Both the position numbers and the translations under genes were made by a program. DNA of 64,000 nt from Amoebophrya sp. A120 (Eukaryota; Protista; Dinoflagellata): positions 6,171,860 through 6,235,859 of the forward strand of contig CAJINV010000001.1 in the NCBI GenBank assembly GCA_905178155.1. Reading direction: 5' to 3'. The first letter of the stretch is position 1; each line of letters opens with the position of its first letter. Positions 49,764 through 59,611 of the stretch are shown here, piece by piece. The notes below the pieces were generated by a model. It was not told the DNA's origin. It searched no databases and was given only the letters and a program-made list of their open reading frames with translations.

Positions 49764-52027
49764 GTACTTAACTAGGTTGAACAAGTATATAACATTTTCA
49801 TAGAAGAAGCGCAGACAGCATTTTTCTGTATGGTAGTACCAATACGCTGCCTTGAGGAGCTCATTTTTTTCTCTTACTTTATGAGGCAAACTAAATAATA
49901 GTCAATTTATTTTTTTCATCTCGACGTGCTGCATGTGCGCTTTTTTTCGTAAAGTTAGTCTCGTATGTTTTTGACCGCCTGGTTGCGGTAAACTTTTTTC
50001 TAGCATGTTTTTGACGCGCACTCTACATACAGACTAACAAATTTTTTAGGCTAGTGACGTTGCTGCTCCACTGTTGTTTACTGTGCTTCTTGGTAGCAAA
50101 GGATGTGATGTTGAGCCAGGGCCTCACGCTACGATTTGCATAGCGAGCCAGAGCCTCACGCTGGATCATCATTTCCTGTAAGATTCAGTATCGCTGCGAA
50201 ACGGTAACGGTAAGCAGAGCTTGATCTCTCTCTCGTCATCGCAAACCATACGAGAGGATAGTTGGAAAAAGACATGAAGATCTAGTCGAGGTGGAGCTTT
50301 TTGGCGCTCTCTGCGAAACAACCCGGGTCAACATACAGAAAGCCCGACCCTTTCTTGCTACACCAGAATGAGATTTCTCACGAAACAAAGAAAAGGCCGC
50401 GTGTTCTTTCTTCCAAGAATGATGATGATCAGAAGGCATTCTCATACCCATTCTTCTACCGTTCAGATCCCGGAGACAAATGCACTTCTGAAGTACGTGG
50501 TAGACGGAACGAACCTAATAGCATTTATACAAACAACGACAACGAGCTCAGACGCAGGTACCAGCACAGGAAAAAGCTTTCTTGCTTTCAGCAATGTCCT
50601 CGTCCTCTTTCTTTTGATGCAGACATCAACCATCGAACACGATTGTAGTGCGGGTGCGCAACGAGCTAGTACAGTTCTTGTAACAGCATCTTCAATAAAG
50701 CTACAAGGTAGAATAACAGCAACAGATTATATTCGTACTAGAAAGGCAAATAATAATAAATCTATCAGACCAACCCGCCGACATCATCAAACCCGCCTGT
50801 TCAATTGCAGTATACAAGGTGACCTAGACCTTGTGGCGTCATTTTTTTTTGGTTTCATCGTCGTAGCTCAGGAGGTGCACACTGTGTCCGTGTGGTTTTC
50901 TGAAAAGATCCCGTGTAATAGTGCGTGGTCAGCGACTTCGGGCTGCGAAGCAAAAATTGCAAATTTAAGGATCTTTTTGAAGATCCACAGCACGGCGCGA
51001 AGCGGACGTATCTCTACTACGCCTGCGGCACGAAGATCTGCTGCTAACGTTCCATCAACTTTCTTCGTGAAGGAAGATGGTTCGATTTGGCCCAGGACCT
51101 CAAGTACTGCCGGTCGGACTCAAATTTGGTGGACCGAGATCCTCTTTTGCAGCTGTAACTGTTGTACAACCGCCGTCGTCGTCAGTCAACATTAAATTGA
51201 GAGCGCCCAGTGCTCGTGCTGGTAGGTGGAACAAGAATTGCGCGCTACAGACAGGAAGTGGCTTTTGTACGGCTTCTAGACAGCTCTCACATTACTGCGC
51301 GCCCTGGACGAGGTCCTCAACTGCAAAGCACGTGAACTCAAGAAGTGATGTGAACCCCAGCAACATTCATCCGGTGGTGATTCGTCCGCGTGCTTTTCGC
51401 AGCAGCAAAATATCTTCTGGATTCCAGCTGGTTCCCCCGAGTACTTCTATTTCCGCCCGACAAGGACTGGTAAGTGATTCGTATTTGTTTTTGTTTGAGA
51501 CTCCATTAAGACGGAAAATGAAGTGAAAACCCTGTCCGCTCGTGTCAGAGATTCCCAGATGGCTAAAATCGGTTTCTTCTTTAGAAGTACACTTCCACTG
51601 ATTTCGGAATTGATTATCGTATCGGTCTTGGTAGTGTCAGTGCTTGTATGTTCCTCTTTGATCGACGTGATAGCAAAATTGCTTCACGACCCACTTGTCT
51701 AGCTTTTTCTTGTTTCTTTATGCGCACCAAATCTTTGCCGTCTCCGATGGATAACATGTTGTACGTTGAATACGTACCTACAGGACTCACTCCCACTCTG
51801 GTTGAGGACAGTAGGATAGTAGTTCCGCTCGTCTTCACATTTTTTTGATTTTATTGTTTTTGTCATATCATCAATTTCAGAAATTGTTCGCATAAAGGTT
51901 TATTCATCGTGGGCCTAATGAAGAAAAAGAAATGTGAACAAATTCCGCACAGAACTCCAACCTCTGTTTCTTCAGCCCTGATCGGAAATTTTCGTCCAGT
52001 GCCACAGCACCTTCCCCCGAGACAAGA

Positions 52028-53434
52028 ATGCAAGAGGACGGTAAAGTCGACGTGTATGTGGTGGGGTTTGGCGTTCCGGGTCGCAGCATGGCCTGGTTCC
52101 ACTGTGAGCAGCTTCGACGCGGCTTGATTCCCAACGCCCGGCTCGCTGGAATCATCGAACCGGGTCTGGGACTGGCGAAAAACGCGAAGGACGTGCCCGT
52201 GACCACGTGGCAGTTTGGCGATTTGTCGGCGAAAGAGAAGAACGAAATCCAGATCGTAAAGTCGGTTGCGGATCTGGTCCCGCGGCCCGGCTGCAGTGAC
52301 CTGTCGCCGGTTGTACGAGGAAAAAGTGCGAATGAAGTGGAACAACAAGAATTTTCCTCGTGCGCAGTCGTGGCCTGCCGCACAGTCGATATGTGCGACC
52401 AACTGCGCCAACTCGTCGATCACGGGATCCGGTGCATTTACTTGGAAAAACCCGGCGCGTTTTCCGCGAAGGAGCTCGAGCAGGCGAAAGAGTACGCCGA
52501 TCGGTTTGGCGCGAAAGTTTATCTCGGCTACAACCGCAACGTGGCGCCCTACTTGCAAAAGAGCGTCAGCTACTTGTCCGATTTCGCGCAACGAACTGGT
52601 GTCACTCCGAAAAATGTGAAAGATCAGCAGGAGCTTGTTTTCCACTGCGAGCACTTCAACACGTACCAGCCAAAAGACCTCTTCGAGCTGTGTTTTGCCC
52701 GGAACCCGGAAGGAATTTTGAAGAACATGGCGATTCACGAACTCATGATCGCCGTGGCATTTTTTGGTTTCAAAGTCGATGATTTGAAGGACGTGCGCAT
52801 TCTGAACAGTAAGTTTCACTCGTTCGCGGGTAATACGACGGGACAAACGAATTCTCTGTCGGACCACGCGAACAGCGTGCTGGCGAAGCTGGACGGGGAT
52901 TTTTCCTTCCTCGATTTTCAGCTGGTGCACAAGGACCCAGACGTTCCGGTATTCCAAATCACCGCGGATCGCTGCGGGGGCGACGTGGTGCGCGCGACCG
53001 TCGCTTCGTGTTGCAACCGACAGAAAACGTACAAGATTTTGTACCAGTCAAGTCTGGATAGCGGGAAGCCGGTAGGACCAGCTTTGGGTGCTGTGAGTAG
53101 CGCCGCCGGTTCCCCGTGCTGGATGACGCAGTATCCGGACATGATGCCGTACTTGCGCTTGCAGGCGGACACGTACCGAACGTTGAAAGAAAAGGTGTGT
53201 TTCTACTCCACCTCTTCTGGGGCTGACTTTCGAGCTGCAACCAGTGCTGCACCATCCAGAAGTGCCATCGCATCTTCGTCGGGCGGCGGGGGAAAAGTGG
53301 CGACGATCGAGGATGGCGTCGAAGCGCTGCGGTTAGCGGAGCACCTGGAAAGTCTATTTAAGCACGCGGCGAATTCCGACACTGCCGAATTCGACGTGGA
53401 GCCCGCGACGAGGGTCGTGCACGCGAGGCTCTAG
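52028..53434 (+). CDS. Gfo/Idh/MocA-family NAD(P)-dependent oxidoreductase
   Basis: N-terminal Rossmann-like VYVVGFGVPG, IYLEKPGA, YLGYNR, NMAIHEL; 468 aa, single exon. Confidence 0.78.
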   Translation: MQEDGKVDVYVVGFGVPGRSMAWFHCEQLRRGLIPNARLAGIIEPGLGLAKNAKDVPVTTWQFGDLSAKEKNEIQIVKSVADLVPRPGCSDLSPVVRGKSANEVEQQEFSSCAVVACRTVDMCDQLRQLVDHGIRCIYLEKPGAFSAKELEQAKEYADRFGAKVYLGYNRNVAPYLQKSVSYLSDFAQRTGVTPKNVKDQQELVFHCEHFNTYQPKDLFELCFARNPEGILKNMAIHELMIAVAFFGFKVDDLKDVRILNSKFHSFAGNTTGQTNSLSDHANSVLAKLDGDFSFLDFQLVHKDPDVPVFQITADRCGGDVVRATVASCCNRQKTYKILYQSSLDSGKPVGPALGAVSSAAGSPCWMTQYPDMMPYLRLQADTYRTLKEKVCFYSTSSGADFRAATSAAPSRSAIASSSGGGGKVATIEDGVEALRLAEHLESLFKHAANSDTAEFDVEPATRVVHARL

Positions 53435-54478
53435 ATCATCACGCGAGGCTCAGTTTTCATCGTCGGTCGTCGTGTTTCTCAAAGAGCAAATAAAGAGCGT
53501 GATGTTGGAGCTCTACCTTTCACATGCCAAGCATCAACGTACGGTACTTACGCATCGACGTGTACTACTAGTATAATAAAGACTCGTACACTAGATAATG
53601 ATAAAGATTAGACACAGGGCGCTCCATGCGACAGCCACGGTCGATACGCGAAGAGCTACGTGTACAAAAACAATACAAAAGATGAATTTTTTCGTCATCT
53701 ACAAAGCAACACAAAGACCACCGACTTCCGGAATCGCATCCGCACCCGAAGCGTCTTCTTGCATGCAAGTGAAGACAGACCAGGTACCTTCAAAATCAAC
53801 TGTAGAGAGCAAACCGGGCGTGCCAAGTTCGGGTGTGTTCACTGGCGAGCGCAAGAGCGGCAACGTAGCAAAGGCGCAGGCGTAGAAGAACTTCTTCTTC
53901 TGCTCTGCAGTTCCTCGTGCAATGTGTTTTTCTGAACGTGTTTCGCTTTCTGTCTTCATGTTATTTCCGGCCGCGCAGTAGAAGACCCGCCAAATGACAC
54001 ACTCCGTCTGTCGTGATCCTGTAGGTCTAGGTTCTGATACCAGCTGGAGGTCGGACGCACGAGCAAGTCTGTTCTTCCTTGTGCTAGTTCAAATTTAGAA
54101 GCAGAAGTATGAAACTTCTAACGTCGGTCCTGAAGAGAAAAGCGATCCATTTAGAGAAGATCCGTTACTTAGCCGACTGCAGATCATGCTGAGTGGGATT
54201 TATCTTGTTGGAAACGGCGAGGACGAGAAGACGACGGTGCCTCTTTGATTCTTTCACACGCTGATAGATTTTTTCCCTCAAGAACATGTCTCAGAACTAC
54301 ATAGCACTGACACTGAAGCTGGAAGATGTATGGGAAAGTAAGTAAACTCAAGCTTACTACTACTTAAGTTTTTTTTAGTTTTGTGTACTTCTTGGTACGT
54401 GTCTTCACTAAGTTTCAGCTTTTTAGTTTTCCCCCTGTGCCCCCTTTGTCATCCCCCAAACGCAAGTTTAATACGAAT

Positions 54479-56410
54479 ATGGCTGCAGCAGTCGCGAGAC
54501 AAGCCCCATATCGCTGGGGAATATGTTCTACCGGAAACATTTGCAATGACTTTGTGACCTGCTTGCAGTACTTGAAGCAGAAAAAGGGGCGAGTGGAAGT
54601 AGCGGCCGTTGCCGCCCGGTCTTTGGAAAAGGCACAGCAATTTGCGGACAAGTTTTCCATTCCGTCTGCATACGCCTCCTACACGGATATGTTTAAGGAC
54701 CCGAACATCGACGTGATATATGTTGGTGCGATTCATCCTATGCACAAGCAAATCGTTTTGGAAGCACTTCGGAACAAGAAGCATGTCTTGTGCGAAAAAC
54801 CGATGGGAATGAACTTGCAAGAGGTATACACACTGTTCTTGCAGAAGCCAGAGAAGATTTCATCTGGTGATGTATCGTAGTAGCCGCACGTATAAACATT
54901 TTAATTTTTCATTTCAATATGAAGAGAAGAAGCTGAAGCCTGAGGTGAGCTGAGGTCTACATGAACAACCACGACGAACAGGTCCTGAGTATGCAAAGTG
55001 CGGCTTTGGAGAGCAACTGCCTGCTGCAGGAGGCCATGTGGACTCGATTCACCCCTCTGACAAAGAAGGTGCGAGAATTGGTGCAGGAGCAGCGCGTCCT
55101 CGGGGACTTGAAATTTATCCAGGGGGATTTTGGCGTGCAGTTCCCGAGGAGCGTAAAGAGAATATGGGACCGAGATATGGGTGGAGGAGCGCTGCTAGAT
55201 ATTGGTATAGAAGTGCTTCGTGATCATTCTCCTTCTCGTCCATCTCTACTACTTGATGATGAAGTCATGGATGTCCTCGATGTCCGACAAGATCGATGGT
55301 GACTCAAATTGACTTCCATTGCTTTGTCGCATGTAGTACTGCCTAGTTGTATCCGCACTCAAACGCAGCTGGCCTGCGGCAAAAGACCTACTTGAGCGAC
55401 ACAACTAGTACACCTTCGAATCTCCAGGTATCTACCCGCTCCAGTTTCTTTCCGGTCTCCTCTACCCTCGCCCACCGTCCCCGGAGCAGCCACGACAGCC
55501 GCCGGACCCTGCTGACCTTCCCCAGCCAAAAAGCTGCAAGGTTGAGGGTTCCATCGACGCAGAAACGGGTGTGGACACCGCGGGCGTGTTCTCCGCCACG
55601 TATGAGAACGATATAACTGCTGTGGTAAGTTGGAACGCGCTGTGCCAAACCCCGGAGGAGCTGATGATCGCGGGCACGAAGGGGTGCTTGAGAATCCACA
55701 GCCCCGCACACTGTGCCACCAAGGCAACGTTGTCCATACAGGAAAACCGAGAGAGCCAGAAGGAAGAGAAGATCGATATGACCTGCTCAGGTGTTACAAT
55801 CTCAAACGTTACAATAGAGTCTGGAATTTGTCTTGCATGACCAGCATGAGTACCATACAGAGACTTGGGCTTTTCGCAATACAAATTTGGTCAGATTCTC
55901 ATGGGGTTTGGGGCTCCGAAACTTGTCACGCATGCTCCTTTGGGAGTAGGCCAGATGTTGCGGATTTTGCAACACAAATTCCAAATTCTATTGTAACGTT
56001 TGAGATTGTAACACCTGAGCGGGTTATAATCGAAATCCCGCTGCCGCCGGACATGGACCTATCCTGTGCAAAAGTATCGTACTCGTATAAATGCAAGTCT
56101 TGCATTACAAATCTTGTTCCCAAGGCAAATCCGCATTACAAGTCTTTATATCTCATGCTGAGAAAATTTGTAATGCATTTATACGAGTGCGATAGGATAC
56201 TTTTGCAATTCATAGGACCGCTCGAAGTTCAATTTCCCCAACAGCGAACTGATCATGTTTGAGGCAGAAGCGGTGTGCGACGCGCTGGACAAGGGAAGGC
56301 TGGAATGTGCAGACTACGGCTGGGCCGAGACGCGTCACGTCACCGGGCTGATGGATATGATACGGAAAGAGCTCGGGGTGGTGTACCCGTCAGACAAGGA
56401 AGTCAAGTGA
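54479..56410 (+). CDS. DHDH: Dihydrodiol/D-xylose dehydrogenase-like Gfo/Idh/MocA oxidoreductase (~377 aa; exons 54479-54823, 54982-55204, 55428-55776, 56034-56059, 56220-56410)
   Basis: RWGICSTGNI, HVLCEKPMG, EAMWTRFTP, GGGALLDIGIYP, C-terminal FNFPNS...FEAEAV...IRKELGVVYPSD. Two GT-AG introns plus two introners; exon total 1134 nt. Confidence 0.88.
55777..56028. mobile_element. IE5: 252-bp MITE-like introner, subfamily B, TSD ATCGA
   Basis: Terminal inverted repeat 56/61 identical; ATCGA at 55772-55776 and 56029-56033; removal gives EEKIEIPLPP. Confidence 0.95.
56060..56214. mobile_element. IE6: 155-bp MITE-like introner, subfamily A (inverted relative to IE2), TSD GGACC
   Basis: TATCCTGTGCAAAAGTATC ... 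GATACTTTTGCAATTCATA; GGACC at 56055-56059 and 56215-56219; removal gives PDMDRSKFNFPN. Confidence 0.93.
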
Positions 56411-57051
56411 TGCTGTGAAGAATGTTTCACGCTTGCGTCAAAGCGAAGTTCAAGTTGAAGTTGTGCTACCAAGTAGAAAATAGATGGACAACTACCGCCA
56501 AAATGAAAATTGAAATTAGCGACCTTCGTTCTACCGTGTGTGCATTCAGTGGCAGTCCGGGGCAGGAGAATGCACTAAGATGAAAATCCAAAAGTCTTTC
56601 TTCCAATCAAAAACCGCGCAAGTGGATTTTCATTTTTTGATATACCTATCGCAACAACCTACTCTTCGGCTTGAAGCAAACTAAGCCAAGAAATCAGAAT
56701 CTTCACCGAGAAGGAGATAAAAGCCGCGTGGTTGCTCTGTCATTTGCGTTGCAGCTGCCGCACATCGAAACGGTGCCGCATTTGTTTCAAAAATCGATAT
56801 CTTTTCTTGAACGACACTTCAAACTTTTCGACTGGAGGAGAGTGCTTGTGCGTGCGAAACTTGTTTACAATTTATCGCTCTCGCAATTTATCTTTTTCTT
56901 CACTATCCTTCCTCGGTTTCCGTTTTTTTGTGTTTGCGTCGAGAGCGGTGTCAGAGTTGAAATGTTGTCACCTCTTCTACTTTCGCTCGTCAGAAGTGCA
57001 GGAATAGGCCGTCGAAAAATAAAGATAAAAACCTCTTTCTAGACATAGAAA

Positions 57052-58561
57052 ATGGCTCCGTGGTTGGCTGCCTGGGTGACAGGTAGCTTGAATCAGTTGC
57101 GTGATTCCTACTGGCCCCAGTTCGCAGCGCAGCCGTCGTCTGATGCGGTGCGAAGGAGTGCGGACGGTGAGGATACCGGGGACGCGGCCAAGGTGCAGTG
57201 CAAATCCAGTCTGATCCCCGGTGGAAAGTATACCACCTACGACAACAGTGAGCTGGTCTGCCGGCATGGGAACTACATGAGTTCGATCGACTTAGAGCTG
57301 AAAGCGCCTAACTGGTCCGCCTACTACATTACCCCAGACGAGTCACTGGATGAGAAAGGCGGGCGGAGGAAATTCAAGTACAACTACAGGCTGCTTTTCT
57401 GATGTTTCCAATATGATCATGTGCTGGTTTCATGAGGTCTTTCCTCCCGAAAAGTTCTTCCAGCAGTGCCCCTCAACACCATCGTACATCAGGGCTGATC
57501 CCGCGGTGCCGGAGGAGAAGCAGGAGCCGCTGCGGTCAAAGTGCTGGGGGCAAAAGTGGAACCGCGGCCACCTGTGTCCGTCGTACATCATGTCGTACAA
57601 CAAGGACCCGAATGGTCCCTGGGATGACACCTACTTCATCACGAACACCGCGATGCAGTACGGCCCCTTCAATCAGCAGACCTGGCAGCACCTGGAAAAA
57701 CACACGGTCGAGTGGATCTCGAAGAACAAAAAACCGATCTACATCGTCACGGGCACCTTCTTCAAGCGCGACGCCTTGACCAAGTGCAATCTGGACACCG
57801 GGGACATTACCGGACCATCGTCCTCGTCGTCCAGCGGAGTTGTGAGCAGTGATGCGAAGAAATCGGAAACAAGTGGCCCAATGGACGAGGGTATCAGAGT
57901 CTTCTTTTCTACTTTGAGCAGGACTTTATTGTCATTCAGGAGCGGAAGGTAGCCGTAGCCGTAGCAATCAATGGCAATACAGACCATGAAAGAGAAAATC
58001 TACGTGTTTTCTTTCATTTCGACACTGTAGGCTTGAATAAGTTCAAGTGCAGGATCAGTTATCCCTAGTGCAGGAGAAATGATGATGATGAAGTTTTCAA
58101 TTTTTCGTTTCTAAAATAATTTCGCAGGTCGCTACATGGGAGTTCCGGACTTCTACTACAAGATCATGTGCGACCCGAGCGCGAAAAAGTCGATCGCGCA
58201 CATCGGCCACAATCGGGCGGACGACAAGGTGAAGGAGATGTCCGTCGGGGATTTGCACAAAATGATCGGACTGGAGTTGTTCCCCGAGGAAGGTTGTGGC
58301 ACCGCGGAAATGGACTCCGACTACTGGTGGACAGAGAGTCTAGGGAAGCTGCAGTTTTTGGAAGATCAGAATATTAACGCGAAAGCAGTGCAGAACCAGA
58401 AGCAGGAGTTGGAAGAGAACAAAAAGAGCGCCGTCGCTTCTTCTGTGCCCTTGCTAGCGCAAGGCAAGCGGGAAAATGGCACGCCAACATCGCCACGAAC
58501 TTCGTCCTCGTCAACAAAGCCGACCGCGGACGATTCTGATGCCACACTCTACAATTTTTGA
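57052..58561 (+). CDS. DNA/RNA non-specific endonuclease (NUC/EndoG family; exons 57052-57377, 57493-57890, 58128-58561)
   Basis: PNWSAY, WNRGHLCPS, TYFITNTAMQYGPFNQQTWQHLE, YIVTG, VPDFYYKI; two GT-AG introns. Confidence 0.88.
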
Positions 58562-59611
58562 AAAAACAACACAAAACTCGGAAACGCATTTGCTTTTGGT
58601 TCTGTCTTGGGAATCATCTCCTCTAGTACCAAATAAAACACAATAAATACTCGTTGATGAACTACTTCTACAACCTAGAGCTTTTGCCATCTTCTACTTT
58701 TTTGTTTCAATGGTTTTATTAAGGACAGAGTGGTTCCTGGTTTTACTTTTATTCAACACGATGAAAGAGGAAGAGCTGACTATAACGGAAGTAGTGCGGC
58801 CACACTTAGCGATAGCTCGTTCTTGTGCACAAAGTTCAATAAGTACTGCTAGAAAATAACGGACACCGACACGATGGGTCGTGATATTTTTGTTCTTTGT
58901 GACTGAGGTGGATTACGATACTGCGGTCTTGCGATGGGCCGGACGAGCCCGCTACCGCCCGGCCCCAAAGGCTTCGGGGGAGTCCGGGGACGCGGACGGG
59001 GTTCACGCCGTTCGTCAACTTCGAGGATACGCGTATGGACTTTTCCGCTGTTCCGACCGATCTCGGGACAAGGACCCATCAAGTAGTAGAAGAAGTCTGT
59101 GACACTCTCAGCCCAAGCGTGGTAGCAGAGCCAAGAACAATGACGTGTTCCGAACGCGTCCCATCCATAAGGCAACCGAGGAACTGCGTCTGGTAAAAAT
59201 CGTGCTGCGTGCTCTTCGTCCGCCTGCTGCCTTTCGTAAGTTTATTTGTTTGTTTCGTTCTACTTCTAGCCATTCATCGTGATCGTCCACCACCGCATCC
59301 TTGTTTGATGTCGTAGTTGTCGTCAAAAGACCTCGCTCGTGCACCGCCTTCGTTCTCCTCTTGCTGCTTCTCCTTTCGTGCTCTTGAGGAAGTGTCATAC
59401 GTGGAGATGTTGCTTTTGGTATGAAGAAGATGATTATAAACTTATACTTCAAATCATCACAGATGACCCGGATGCCTCGATGATAAAACCATAACCCAAG
59501 AATCCCAAATAAACCGAAGATTTCAACAGCACAACCTTTCCTGTACATTCTAACCTCCGTTTTTACCGGAGTCTACCCCTTCTGCCTCTCCTTCAGAGGA
59601 GATCAATTATC

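Noticed and set aside
50113-50162. 18-bp imperfect direct repeat GAGCCAG(G/A)GCCTCACGCT
   Set aside because: Only two copies in intergenic DNA; likely local duplication, not CRISPR or an element end.
50368-51526. ORFs 50368-51195 and 51077-51526
   Set aside because: Lack the GC3 bias of real genes here and show no motifs.
48441-56219. Excised lengths of 150, 240, 270 and 160 nt are all multiples of 10
   Set aside because: IE5 (257) and IE1 (262) break the pattern and the sample is too small.
57052-58561. NUC endonuclease (or PRP19/RecQ) as dedicated introner machinery
   Set aside because: Common housekeeping families; proximity in a eukaryotic genome is not evidence of a link. No transposase ORF was seen in the window.
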